Part shown: piece after piece, positions 12,584 through 24,985 of the stretch
Position numbering within the stretch: position 1 is the stretch's first letter
Layout: each line of letters begins with the position of its first letter
From: Squalus acanthias
Lineage: Eukaryota
DNA length: 64,000 nucleotides
Direction of reading: 5' to 3'
Assembly: GCA_030390025.1 (NCBI GenBank)
Contig: CM059431.1
Coordinates: forward strand, 104,410,001 to 104,474,000
Position numbers and translations under genes: made by a program
The notes under the pieces: generated by a model
What the model was told of the DNA's origin: nothing
What the model saw: the letters and a program-made list of their open reading frames with translations, nothing else
Databases searched by the model: none

Positions 12584-13050
12584 AAGAAAGAAAAAAAATC
12601 TGCATTTCTCCAGCGCCATTCACGACTACCAGACGTCCCAAAGCGCTTTACAGCCAATGAAGTAGTTTTTGAAGTGTAGTCACTGTTGTAATGTGGGAAA
12701 CGAGGCAGCCAATTTGTGCACAGCAAGCTCCCACAAACAGCAATGTAATAATGACCAGGTCATCTGTTTTTGTTCTGTTGTTTGAGGGAGAAATATTGGC
12801 CCAGGACACCGGGGAGAACTCCCCTGCTCTTCTTCAAAATAGTGCCATAGGATCTTTTACGTCCACCTAAGAGAGTAGACAAGGCCTCGGTTTAACATCT
12901 CATCTGAAAGACAGCATCTCCGACAGTGTAGCACTCCCTCAGCATTGCACTGGAGTGTCAGCCTAGCTTTATGTGCTCAAGTCCCTGGAGTGAACCCACA
13001 ACCGTCTGACTCAGAGGGGAGCGTGCTACCCACTGAGCCACAGCTGACGC
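12584..13050 (-). mobile_element. DeuSINE, full length
   Basis: Reverse-complement match to 10958-11410. Confidence 0.9.
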
Positions 13051-13073
13051 TGAAGTACAACACAAGCTTACTA

Positions 13074-14795
13074 AGAACATAAGAACATAAGAAATAGGAG
13101 CAGGAGTAGGCCATTCGGCCCTTCGAGCCTGCTCTGCCATTCAACGAGATCATGGCTGATCTTCTGCCTCAACTCCATTCACCGGCCCTATCACCATATC
13201 CCTTGATGCCCTTACTAGTCAAAAATCTATCGACTTCTGTTTTGAATATACCCAATGACTGAGCCTCCACAGCCCTCTGGGGTAGAGAATTCCACAGATT
13301 CACCACCCTCTGTGTGAAGAAATGTCTTCTCATCTCAGTCTGAATGGCCTACCCTTTATCCTGAGGCTGTGGCCCCTGGTTCTAGACTCCGCAGCCAAGG
13401 GAAACATTCTCCCAGCATCCACCCTATCAAGCCCTGTAATAATTTTGTATGCTTCAATGAGATCCCCTCTCATTCTTCTGAATTCAAGAGAATACAGGCC
13501 TAGTTTACTCAATCTCTTCTCATACGACAGTCCCGCCATCCCAGGAATCAATCTCGTGAACCTTCGTTGCACTCCCTCTATGGCAAGTATATTCTTCCTT
13601 AGGTAAGGAGACCAAAATTGTACAAAGTACTCCAGGTGTGGTCTCACCAAGGCCCTATATAATTGGAGTAAGACTTCTTTACTCCTGTACTCAAATCCTC
13701 TTGTAATGAAGGCCAGCATACCATTTGCCTTCCTAATGGCTTGCTGCACCTGCACATTCTCTTTCAGTGACTCATGTACAAGGACACCCAGGTCCCTTTG
13801 AGCATCTGCATTCCCCAATCTTTCACCATTTAGGAGATACTCTGCCTTTCTGTTTTTTCTACCAAAATGGATAACTTCACATTTATCCACATTATATTCC
13901 ATCTGCCATGTTCTCGGCCCCTCACTGAGCCTGTTGAGATCCCCTTGAAGCCTCTTCACATCCTCTTCACAACTGACACTGCCACCTAGCTTTGTATCAT
14001 CAGCAAATTTGGAAATATTAAATTTAGTTACCTCATCCAAATCATTGATATAGATTGTGAATAGCTGGGGCCCAAGCACCGATCCTTGCGGTACCCCACT
14101 AGTCACAGCCCGCCATCCTGAAAAAGACCCGTTTATCCCTACTCTTTGTTTTCTGTCTGTTAACCAATTCTCAATCCATGCTAGTATATTACCCCCAATT
14201 CCATGTGCCCTAATTTTGTTCACCAACCTCTTGTGTGGGACCTTATCGAAGGCCTTCTGAAAATCCAAATACACCACATTAACCGGTTCCCCTTTGTCTA
14301 CTCCACTAGTTACATCCTCAAAGAACTCCAATAGGTTTGTCAAACAGGATTTCCCTTTCATAAATCCATGTTGACTCTGCCCAAGCTTATTATTAGTTTC
14401 TAAGTGCCCAGTTATTGCATCCTTTATAATAGATTCCAGCATTTTCCCAACTACTGATGTGAGGCTAACAGGTCTGTAGTTCCCCGTTTTCTCTCTCCCT
14501 CCTTTCTTAAATAGCGGGGTTACATTTGCTATCCTCCAATCTGCAGGAAATGTTCCAGAATCTATAGAATTTTGGAAGATGACAACCACTGCGTCCACTA
14601 TCCCAATGGCCACCTCTTTCAAAAACCCTAGGATGTAGGTCATCCGGTCCTTGGGATTTATCGACTTTTAGTCCTATTAATTTTGCTCGTACTGTTTTTT
14701 TTACTAATAATAATTTCTTTTAAGTTCCTCATTCTCGCCACGCCCTTGGTTTTCTCGTATTTCTGGGAGGTTTTTTGTGTCTTCCTCCGTGAAGC
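13074..14795 (-). mobile_element. CR1 LINE 3' portion (437-aa RT ORF)
   Basis: RT motifs and CR1 tail (CTTATGTT)n. Confidence 0.95.
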
Positions 14796-15000
14796 AAACT
14801 TTTGCTTCGCTGATAGATTAATAGGACAAAGTGATCTATTTGCCAAAGAGATTGGCCACTCGAAGGCCACAGTCTCACAGTTCTGATGAAAGGGTTCATC
14901 TCCAAACGTAGTATTATTATTTTTCTTTTACTTTTCAAAAGCTGGCGCACCTGCTGTGCGTTCCCTGCATTTTAATTCAAATCTCTAAGTTTTCTTTCAC

Positions 15001-15112
15001 CTCTATCTGGGAGCAACTTCTGAGAAGTTCTATTATGTTTCTTGCTAGGCCCTTGAGATAACTGAAGAGCTCGTATGCACCTCATACTTTAATCAGTTTG
15101 CTATCCCTTATT
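15001..15112 (-). pseudogene. Possible exon remnant: IRDSKLIKV*GAYELFSYLKGLARNIIELLRSCSQIE
   Basis: ttttatggtag acceptor, gtgaaa donor, one TGA. Phases do not directly match neighbours, so adjacent exons are unresolved or the boundaries are wrong. Confidence 0.4.
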
Positions 15113-15531
15113 CTACCATAAAAGATGTCAAAACATTCATTATGGACATATAAAGCCATAAAACGTTGATAGGAAATGCTGATGAACCTCAAAACATGAT
15201 TTTCATATTAATACTTGCAGATTTAATTACTAATTTGGCCATTCACTTTTATCTTATTAATGATGACATTTATCGTGACTAAAGGTAAATCATGTTTGTT
15301 TTGGCAGTCTAATGTACTGGTAGAAAAGCAATATAGTGACGCAGTTGTCAAATTATACACTGCTGTATAATGTAACACAATAATAAAGTTATAACCGGGA
15401 ATGTTCACACAGTGACTGAAGTGTTCAATATAACTGGATCCTTTGTGGTGCCCTTATCTCGCTCACCCACTTCAGAGAGTGTTATTACTCTTTGTAATGC
15501 ACTCAGTACATGGAATAAATAATACTCTTAC

Positions 15532-15598
15532 TGTCATTATAAAAGAAAGTGTCGCTTCAGCTGCCTGTGCCAGATGAACTAAAGCTAGCCTCAGATGT
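15532..15598 (-). pseudogene. Exon remnant, 67 nt, phase 2-0: HLRLALVHLAQAAEATLSFIMT
   Basis: catttccacag acceptor, gtaaga donor, open frame; phase fits upstream exon ending at 16019. Confidence 0.7.
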
Positions 15599-15689
15599 CT
15601 GTGGAAATGTGAAGAGGGGTGCTGAATAACAAAGCATTTCTAAAGCTGCCTCAATTATTATTAAGGGTGCATATGCCATAGAATTACAT

Positions 15690-15985
15690 AGGGCTGAATT
15701 TTCTGTGGTGGTAGCAGGCGCGATCGGTGGTGGGTCAGGTCGGAAAGTTGGTTTTTTTTTGACAGCGGGTCGGGAACTCGCTGACATCCTGCTCCCACGC
15801 ACCTTTCCCCCAGGCGCGTCTGTCATCCTGGAGCCGACCCAACCTGCAGCGGTGGGGGACCCAATTGAAATCATTATTAGGTACTTTACAGGCACTTAAG
15901 AGCCTTTTCCCCGCCTACTTTTTAAATTTCCCTGCATGGCCACGGGATTCACACAGCTCGGGAACCACGTCTGTCAACCTGAGGT
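15690..15985. mobile_element. Harbinger-type MITE, one end only
   Basis: GGGCTGAATTTT terminus and GC-rich subterminal motifs. Confidence 0.6.
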
Positions 15986-16029
15986 GTGAGTTTTGTGGCC
16001 ATTGCTCCAGCTGATTACTTGACAGCATG

Positions 16030-16620
16030 GAAAACAAACCAAAATAAAAACAACAGAAAACGCTGGAAAAACTCAGCAGGCGAGGCAGCATCCGTGGAGA
16101 GAGAAACAGAGTTAACGTTTCAGGTCGATGACCTTTTGTCAGAACTGGAAAGAGCCGGAAATCAAATAGATTTAAGGCAAGGATAAGGCTGGGAAAAGGG
16201 GGAGGGGATGAAAGAACAAAAGGGGAGATTAAGAGAAATTAAGAGACATTAAGAGATATGCAAGGCAAGAGGTGGTGTTAATGTGACAGGTTAAGGCTGA
16301 AGGGAAACTTAAAGCAGTGAAGATGAACAAGGTTGAAGAGTCAAACGGAGGTCCCGTCGAAGAGAAGAGCAGAACTTCTTCAAGGTAGGCATTCCTAGAA
16401 GAGAGGTGGCAGTGGACCAAACACTAATACGATAGCAAAATACTGCAGATGCTGGAAATCCAAAATAACAACAGAAAATGCTGGAAAAACTCAGCAGGCG
16501 AGGCAGCATCTGTGGAGAGAGAAACAGAGTTAACGTTTCAGGTCAATGACCTTTCGTCAGAACTGGAAAGAGCCGGAAATCAAATAGATTTAAGGCAAGG
16601 ATAAGACTGGGAAAAGGGAA
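16030..16620 (-). mobile_element. Penelope-like element, tandem pseudo-LTR structure, TSD CATG
   Basis: Direct repeats with 418-bp period; CATG at 16026-16029 and 16621-16624. Confidence 0.85.
16527..16566 (-). ncRNA. Minimal type I hammerhead ribozyme motif (Penelope-type)
   Basis: AGUU-CUGACGA-A-AGGUC(AUU)GACCU-GAAA-CG-UU-AACU: intact core, stem II, palindromic ACGU in place of helix III. Confidence 0.7.
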
Positions 16621-17006
16621 CATGTTGATTACATCAGCTGACAGATTGATGGAGATTCTGTTCTACTTGAAAAGCTACTGGTAAATGTTAATTCAGAAAT
16701 TCCTGAAGGGATGTAAGTGCTACCCTGGATGGTGAGGGAAATACATTTTTCACTGGCCATTCTTGGCTGTTGCCTTCCAACTTATGCAATGAATTGATCT
16801 GCACTATAAAAAAATGACACATACCATTTAAATAAATGTTTGTGTTGTTTCTGGTCAGGTTTTTCTCACAGTATACTGTGATTGTCCAGTTACACATTAA
16901 ATCAAGTCATCAACCATAACAATTTCAAACTCATCACTCATTCCACTGGTTCAATTTGCTTTCAGTCCCTGAATATAACTAATTTAATTTTTCAGTCTGA
17001 GAATTT

Positions 17007-17164
17007 GGGGGTGAATTTCTGCAGAGGTTCTCTCACTTGTCCATTGTTAACTTCAACGGAAGTGCTGCAGAAATCCCAGAAACACATTATAAGCACTACT
17101 TACACTGTTTGTCAGGGATTCCGCAGCTCTTCCGCTTAACTTGCGTAAGATTGTAAATTCACCC
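17007..17164. mobile_element. Short MITE
   Basis: GGGTGAATTT / AAATTCACCC inverted ends, TTT flanks. Confidence 0.6.
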
Positions 17165-17571
17165 TTTACAATTACATTTAAAATCTGCTTAATTTTATGT
17201 ATTACCTCTGCACATATATCTTTAATTTGTACCAGTCACTGATACAAAAGTCTATAGATTTATGACTAAAGCATCAATAACGTCACAATTAATGTACATT
17301 TTTAATTATGCTCTTGATCGTATTTGTAGATGGTGTCATATTACTTAATGAGAATATTATTTCAATATTTATTTGTCACTTATATATAACTTTTATTATA
17401 TGATTGTACAGTAAAGATTCAACACCTACTATTTTAGATTAAACTTAAAGTTTAATGTGGCCATGGTCCCTTTAAAGATCCTGGCTTAAAATGAGTCATG
17501 AATGAGGTCACCAGACCCGCTCCATCTGATTGGGCCGGGTAACGTGCTGGGGGGCTAAATAGTCCCCATTA

Positions 17572-18022
17572 GTGTCAGCTGTGGCTCAGTGGGTAGCACT
17601 CTCACCTCTGAGGTCAGAAGGTTGTGAGTTCAAGTCCCACTCCAAGGACTTGAACACATAAATCTAGGCTGACACTCCAGTGCAGTGCTGAGGGAGTGCT
17701 GCACTGTTGGAGGTGCTGTCTTTCAGACGAGACGTTAAACCGATGCCCTGTCTGCTCTCTCAGGTGGACATAAAAGATTCTATGGCACTATTTCAAAGAA
17801 GAGCAGGGGAGTTATCCCTGGTGTCCTGGTCAATATTTATCCATCATCAACATAACAAAAACAGATTATCTGGTCATTATCACATTGATGTTTGTGGGAG
17901 CTTGCTGTGCGCAAATTGGCTGCCGCGTTTCCACATTACAACAGTGACTTAATTGGCTGTAAAGAGTTTTGAGACGTCTGGTGGTCGTGAAAGGCGCTAT
18001 ATAAATGCAAGTCTTTCTTTCA
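17572..18022 (+). mobile_element. DeuSINE, full length
   Basis: A/B boxes, Deu core, tail. Confidence 0.9.
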
Positions 18023-18485
18023 TTAAGGTAAGTCCATTTTCTACAGCAGGGTGGAATCAGCAGCGGGGATGCGACCCGCCCCGGACACCAGCCGCACCGA
18101 ACCCACCAAGGACGTGCAAGAGGCCAGAATTGGAGGAGCGCAGAGATCTCGGAGGGTTGTAGGGCTGGAGGAGGTTAAAGAGATAGGGAGGGGACAAGTT
18201 CCATGGAGGGATTGGAAAACAAAGAGCAGAATCTCTTCGACACTAAACAGAAAAGTCATGGGATCCTTGATAAAAGAAAGCTCATTTGTCAAAGTTTTTG
18301 TTTCTTTGTTGTGTGTTGCTAAGTGACCTAACCCAGAATGTGAAGGGTTAATATGAAACTCTTAATAGTGTACAGCAGTACATGAATCTCATGTTTTTAC
18401 TGAACCACAGAATACCTGTACCATGGCAGAGCTAGATTGGAATTGGTTGGATATTGTGATATCAATAATGGGCATAGAATTATTT

Positions 18486-19081
18486 CTAAACTCCGTTCAG
18501 TCCGTAAGGGTGACCCTGAGCTTTCGGTCGCCTGTCACTTTAATTCTCCGCTCCACTGCCACTCTGATCTCTCCGTCCTTGGCCTCTTACACTGTTCCAA
18601 TGAAGCTCAATGTAGGTTCGAGGAACAGCACCTCATCTTTCGATTAGGCACTTTACAGCCTTCTGGACTCAACATCGAATTCAACAATTTCACACCATAA
18701 CCTCTGCCCCAATCTTTTTTTCTATTTTTTTTTCTCGCTCTCTCACATGGCAGCTGTCGATCATCCTGCCATTGCCATTTACACTTCATCTCGAGTCATC
18801 TTTTGTTTCTTAACTTGTCCCATTACCATCTCCTTTTGCCTTGCACCATCATCCCTTTTGTCATTTAATCTCTCCTGCCTTCCATCCTATCACAGACCTT
18901 CCCTTTTGTTCATTCATCCCCTCCCCAATTTCCCTGCCCCTACACTTGCTTAAAAACCTGTTCCATCTCCAACTTTTTCCAGTTCTGACGAAGCGTCATC
19001 GACCTGAAATGTTTAACTGTTTCTCTCTCCATAGATGCTGCCTGACCTGCTGAGTATTTCCAGCATTTTCTGTTTTTACTT
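18486..19081 (+). mobile_element. Penelope-like element 3' end, 11-bp TSD TAGAATTATTT
   Basis: HFNSP.H...EEQHLIFRLGTLQPSGLNIEF; TSD at 18475-18485 and 19082-19092. Confidence 0.92.
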
Positions 19082-19236
19082 TAGAATTATTTAAACCTCC
19101 TTTGTTCATTTATTGGTCTGAGGACATTATGTGATGTCACTTGACAACTATCATGCTAAAATATTGGACTCTCAAACTTATCCTGTGCTCAAAGTACAGC
19201 CTGGAGCTAACTTTCTGATTTATTCTCTCCACTGGG

Positions 19237-19728
19237 CTGCCCATGTCCTAACTCGCACCGAGTCCCGTTTGTCCATCACCCCCTGTGCTCGCTGACCTAC
19301 ATTGGCTCCCGGTTAAGCAGCGCCTCGATTTCAAAATTCTCCTCCTTGTTTTCAAATCCCTCCATGGCCTCGCCCCTCCCTATCTCTGTAATCTCCTTCA
19401 GCCCCACAACCCTCCCGAGATATCTGCGCTCCTCTAATTGAGGATCCCTGATTATAGTCGCTCAACCTTTGGTGGCCGTGCCTTCTGTTGCCTAGGCCCT
19501 AAGCTCTGGAATTCCCTGCCTAAACCTCTCCACCTCACAACCTCTCTTTCCTACTTTAAGACGCTCCTTAAAACCTACCTCTTTGATCAAGCTTTTGGTT
19601 ACCTGCCCTAATTTATCCTTATGTGGATCAGTGTCAAATTTTTTGTCTTAAAATACTCCTGTGCAGCGCCTTGGGATGTTTTACTATGTTAAAGGCGCTA
19701 TATAAATACAAGTTATTGTTGTTGTTGT
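19237..19728 (+). mobile_element. L2 3' fragment, TSD TGGG
   Basis: L2 3' end with (GTT)n; TGGG at 19233-19236 and 19729-19732. Confidence 0.9.
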
Positions 19729-19946
19729 TGGGTTAGTGCAATGTGAACGTAAGCCTCATTTCACTGTACCATTGAACAGCACTGACAGTCTGTATAGAGA
19801 TAGCTTTGATTCAGACAGTCCAATTCACCCAAGCAAGCCAGACTGGTGCAAAGAATGCAGATCAGGCACAGGGGTAGAACTATAAAGTAGGGGAAGAGGG
19901 AAAAAAAAGTAGGATAAAGTTCCAAGAAATAAAATTGGTGTGCTAC

Positions 19947-20189
19947 CTTTGAATGATTCATTTTTTTTTCTCAACAAAATATTCATCCAGAGCTTTGGCC
20001 ATATGGATGATACAAATGATACCGTTCAATCTTTCATGGTATAATTCCACTAAGTGTCTCACAGTAATATCATTAAACCAATTTGTCAATTACTGAATTC
20101 ATGCTGGTGATAATGACCTGCAGTGGTGTTGACTAATTGTTGTTCTCCAGTGTTTTTCCAGAGACAACACTAGCCTTCTCAGATTCAAT
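19947..20189 (-). pseudogene. 3' part of exon remnant: LNLRRLVLSLEKHWRTTISQHHCRSLSPA*IQ*LTNWFNDITVRHLVELYHERLNGIICIIHMAKALDEYFVEKKK*IIQ
   Basis: Ends phase 2 at a gtagca donor matching the 19879 exon across a 67-nt intron; 5' side abuts a Harbinger-type MITE fragment. Confidence 0.6.
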
Positions 20190-20420
20190 GGCCTCGATAT
20201 TAACCCCCTATGAAAGGCGGGGGAGGGTCAGGAGTTAAAGGCATAAATACGGGGAGCGCGTCATTGACACACGCCTCTTTTTTAAGGCGGTGGATAGCGG
20301 GACATCCGAGTGTCCTGCCGTGGAGAGGCGGGGCACCCAATTAAAACATTTAAATTGGGCTCCCGCAGTGCCATTGGGAAAGGGAAGCGGGAGCTGTCAG
20401 CTCCACAACATTAAGTGTCT
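20190..20420. mobile_element. Harbinger-type MITE fragment
   Basis: GGCCTCGATATTAA terminus, GC-rich. Confidence 0.5.
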
Positions 20421-20794
20421 TTTTTTCAACCGTAACTCAAGGCCTGATAGCAAGTCATTGGGTAGGAAAAAGCAGCTACTGGCAATTTTTAGATATTTGC
20501 CACCATTATGTATTGACAGATCGCCCTTAGACTACTGGCAGATGTGGGGAATTTCAGGCTACAGTAGCTGACCATTTCTCTAAGGCGTAGATTTTACAAA
20601 ATATTTACAGCACAGAAACAGGCCATTTGGCCCAACAGGTCCATAACAATTTTCATTGTCAGTGTTCCCTATGCATGAAGCTCTAAGATGAAAAGTTAAC
20701 TCCTAAGAGTTTTTAGCATGCATACTGAAAAAGTAATATTGACTTAGTAAAGCCACTCAAACCTTAGGAGTACTTTTACTATAATCTATAATAC

Positions 20795-21250
20795 AGATTT
20801 AGTAGAATGATACCTGGGCTCTAAGGGTTAAATTACGAGGAGAGATTACACAATCTAGGGTTGTGGAATTTAGAAGGTTAAAGGGTGATTTGATCGAAGT
20901 TTTCAAGATATTAAGGGGAACTGATGGGGTAGATAGAGAGAAACTATCTTCACTGGTTGGAGAGTCTAGGACTCGGGGGCATAGTCTACAAATTAGAGCC
21001 AGACCTTTCAGGAGTGAAGTTAGGAAACACTTCTACACACAAAGGGTGGTAGAAGTTTAGAACTCTCTTCCGCAAACGGCAGTTGATGCTGAATCAGTTG
21101 TTAATTTTAAATCGGAGATTGATAGCTTTCTGTTAACCAAAGGTATTAAGGGATATGGGCCAAAGGCGGGTTTATGGAGTTAGATCACAGATCAGCCATG
21201 ATCTCATTGAACAGGCTCGAGGGGCTAAATGGCCTACTCCTGTTTCTATG
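20795..21250 (+). mobile_element. CR1 3' fragment
   Basis: EFRRLKGDLIEVFKI ORF and tail. Confidence 0.9.
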
Positions 21251-21723
21251 TGCTTATAATACAAAATAAACACTTAACAAGATAATTTTAAGTAACACCA
21301 TTCCCGTTCGTTTTTCACTCTCATTCTCTCTCTTCAATTTTTACTATTTTAATCTTACTTTTACTTTATTTCTATCTAGGACACCCTGTTGTAATCCTTC
21401 TCTTAATAAAAAAAAATGTCAACACTGTTCCTTTGCAACCTGGAGCTCACTGTCACGGACAAAATATTAGCAAGTTCAGCAACCTGCAGCCATTGTGTTA
21501 GCCCATATGGGAGCCGGTTTTATGAGTCCTGAATGTAGGCCTGGAGCCTTGATGAACAGCAATGCATACCTAAAATTTGGCTGTGGAGCACCCACAATTT
21601 TCAGACAATAATGGTCAAAAACATGGCCAGTGATACCCCAATTTCCAGTACATGGAAGCAGGGACTCGTAACAATGCCCTCACCAAGTTCAGAAGTGTAA
21701 AGATTGGCCAGTGTGCATCATTG

Positions 21724-22232
21724 AACATAAGATCATAAGAACATAAGAAATAGGAGCAGGAGTAGGCCATTCGGTCCTTCGAGCCTGCTCCGCGATTCAA
21801 TAAGATCATGGCTGATCTTCTACGTCTTCTCCACTTTCCCACCCGATCTCCATATCCCTTGATTCCCTTAATATGCAAAAACCTATCGCTCTCTGTCTTG
21901 AATATACTCAATGACTCAGCATCCACAGCCCTCTGGGGTAGAGAATTCCAACGATTCACCACCCTCTGAGTGAAGAAATGTCTCCTCATCTCAGTCCTAA
22001 ATGGCCAACCCCTTATTCTGAGACTGTGACCCCTGGTTCTAGACTCTCCAGCCAGGGGAAACATCCTCCCAGCATTTACCCTGTCAAGCCCTGTAAGAAT
22101 TTTATATGTTTCAATGAGATCACCTCTGATTCTTCGAAACTCTAGGGAACATAGGCCTAGTCTACTCAATGTCTCCTCATAGGACAATCCCCTCATCCCA
22201 GGAATCAGTCTGGTGAACCTTTGTTGCGCTCC
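21724..22232 (-). mobile_element. CR1 3' fragment
   Basis: RFTRLIPGM...GDLIE ORF and tail. Confidence 0.9.
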
Positions 22233-22411
22233 TTGGCATGAACAGGCTGGTCTTTGGTGCAACAGGGCTAATTCCACCAATGGGGAGCTGTGTCACAGGA
22301 AGAGCATTGCAGGCGTGCAGAATATCACGGGATATGCTTCTGTGATCCCCTGCGTTGTGCTCTCTGTGAGCTAACTCCCTGCTGGAAGCTCATGATCATA
22401 GAATTGTTCCT

Positions 22412-22932
22412 AATTAGTCACCAATAATCCCAACAGAGAATTCAGGAGAAACTTCTTTACCCAGAGAGAATGTGGAACTCACTACCACAGGGAGTAGTTG
22501 AGGCGAATAGCATAGATACATTTAAGGGAAAGCTAGATAATGAGAGAAAAGGAATAGAAGGATATTCTATATAATATACGCAATGAGTGGTTAGGATCTG
22601 GAATATGCTGCCTGATAGGGCGGTGGACACAGATTCAATAGTAGCCTTCAAAAGGGAATTGGATAAATACTTGAAGGAGAAAAAATTGCTGGGATATGGA
22701 GAAGGAGCAGGGCAGTGGGACTAACTGGATTGCTCTTCGAAAGAGCTGGTGCAGACTCAATGAGCCGAATGGCCTCCTTCTGTGCTGTACTATGTGATGA
22801 TTCTACATGTAGATGGGGTGAGCTGAAGTAAGGGGTGGAAGGAGGCTCATGTGGAGCATAATCACCGGCATGGACCAGTTGGGCCGCATGGCCTGTTTCT
22901 GTGCTGTAAAATTCTGTGTAATTCTATGTAAT
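22412..22932 (+). mobile_element. Nested CR1 3' fragments
   Basis: Two CR1 tails in series. Confidence 0.8.
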
Positions 22933-23459
22933 ATTTCCATGTGAAGCAGAGACCCACTAAGTCTTGACGATTTATCATATCAGAGACTCTGATCTGCTGA
23001 CTTCTTTGAACCATGCTGCTATTGAATGAGACTCCGTGCCACAAGAGTAGTCTCACTGAATCGACTCGAAGAATTGCCAGATTTTAATTAGTTTTACAGA
23101 AGCCTTGCTTCCAATCATTTCACTCCTCTCCCTTTTCTCACATTGTGTAAATCACCAGGAGGGAATGTAACACTGATAACATCTGTACAAGACTTCTTGT
23201 TACCATGCTATCAAAATAAGGACCATGGAACATGAATCTACTTTGTTCTTTGAGTATTGACAGGCTCAAGCTTATCTGTACTAATGGGCAGCCTGGATGC
23301 ACTAGGGTGTATTGAAAGAATTAATCCTATAATTACACCATATTACAACAAATCATTTGACAGAAAAAAATGTGCTAGATTTTAAATACATCTTTCTTTT
23401 CAATTAATGCATGTACATTCTTTAATTGCGGTTCCAGTTATGCCCCTACTAAGTTATAA

Positions 23460-24440
23460 ATAGAATTACATAGAATTTACAGCACAGAAACAGGCCATTC
23501 GGCCCAACTGGTCTATGCCGGTGTTTATGCTCCACACGAGCCTCCTCCCACCCCTCTTCATCTAAACCCCATCAGCATTTCCTTCTGCATTTCCAATTCA
23601 CACGAATGAGTCCTTGTCGGCAGCACAGACTCTTGGAATTACCCCAGTGAAACTCGTCTGACTCAAATCCCTCCTCTTCTTTGTTGCTCAAATAATACAA
23701 AACTAACGGGATTCTCAATGAAATGCCCATATTGCATAGAATTACATAGTATTTACAGCACAGAAACAGGCCATTCGGCCCAAATGGTCTATGTCGGTGT
23801 TTATGCTCCACATGAGCCTCCTCCCACCCCTCTTCATCTCACCCTATCAGCATAACCTTCTATTCCTTTCTCCCTAATGTACTTGTCCAGCTTCCCCTTA
23901 AATGCATCTATACTATTCACCTCAACTACTTCCGTGGTAGCAAGTTCCACATTCTCACCACTCTCTGGGTAAAGAAGTTTCTCCTGAATTCACTATTGGA
24001 TTTATTAGTGACTATCTTATATTGATGGCCCCTAGTTTTGGACTCCCCCACAAGTGGAAACATCGTCTCTACATCTACCCTATCAAACCCCTTCATAATT
24101 TTATTGACCTCTATCAGGTCACATCGAAACATAGAAACATAAAAGATAGGAGCAGGAGTAGGCCATTCGGCCCTTCAAGCCTGCTCCGCCATTCAATGAG
24201 ATCATGGCTGATCATCCAAATTCAGTACCCTGTTCCTGCTTTCTCCCCATATCCCTTGATCCCTTTAGCTTTAAGAACTATATCTAACTCCTTCTTGAAT
24301 ATATTTAATGATTTGGCCTCAACTGCCTTCTGTGGTAGAGAATTCCACATGTTCACCACTCTCTGGGTGAAGAAATTCCTCCTCATCACCCCTCAGCCTT
24401 CTCTTTTCTAGAGAAAAGAGCCCCAACCTGTTCAGTCTTT
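23460..24440 (-). mobile_element. Cluster of CR1 3' fragments (one nested at ~24125-24385) enclosing a duplicated unique segment
   Basis: Three CR1 tails at ~23460, ~23735 and ~24125. Confidence 0.85.
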
Positions 24441-24985
24441 CATCCTGAATTTTGTCCAGGGACAACTGCAAATGATAACTTCGTTACCGTCAGTGATTAC
24501 TGCCACTGCCTATGTCCCTGCATGCGATCACAGCATTTGGGAACAGCAGGCAGGGATCATAGGACTTAATTAAAATGACAGGCGCTGCAGAACTGAAAGT
24601 CATTATAATCGCAGCATATGAGTAACTGTTTGTTTTAACGTGCTTGTGATTGAATATGTGGTCGTCTGTTCAAACAAGGCAGCTATTCCCCCGTCATCTG
24701 CCTTTTCTAGAACCTGCCCAATTTCCATTCCATTGAAATCAATGCAGTAAAAATCAAACACATTCTATAAAGGGCAAGCGATTCATTCGGCCAGATTACC
24801 GCCCAGGCAGTGAAGATGAAAATCTATTTCAATATTTCTTGCGCCTTTTATGACCTCAGGATGTCCCAAAGTGCTTTACAGACAATTAAATACTTTTTTC
24901 CAATAAGGTGCCTGTTGCGTGACAAACCTTACAAGTGGCTTGAGGTCTCAGAAAATCTCACCCTGTATTTTCACCCGGACACAGA

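Larger units (their letters stand above)
16019..16798 (-). pseudogene. Exon remnant split by Penelope insertion: INSLHKLEGNSQEWPVKNVFPSPSRVALTSLQEFLN*HLPVAFQVEQNLHQSVS*CNQHAV(K)
   Basis: Removing 16030-16620 plus one CATG copy gives a phase 0-2 exon compatible with both neighbours. Confidence 0.65.
18416..19879 (-). pseudogene. Exon remnant split by L2 and Penelope insertions: STPVPDLHSLHQSGLLG*IGLSESKLSLYRLSVLFNGTVK*GLRSH...SSAMVQ
   Basis: Long polypyrimidine acceptor and gtattc donor; frame continuous after removing both TEs at their TSDs; four stops. Confidence 0.6.
21400..23206 (-). pseudogene. Probable large degraded exon(s) interrupted by two CR1 fragments
   Basis: ttttgatag acceptor then MVTRSLVQMLSVLHSLLVIY...LAILRVDSVRLLLWHG; protein-like stretches between the CR1 pieces; frameshifts not resolved. 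Confidence 0.35.

Noticed and set aside
5023..20189. In-frame TGAs as selenocysteine or readthrough codons
   Set aside because: TAA/TAG stops and TE insertions occur in the same exons; CpG decay in a pseudogene explains them more simply
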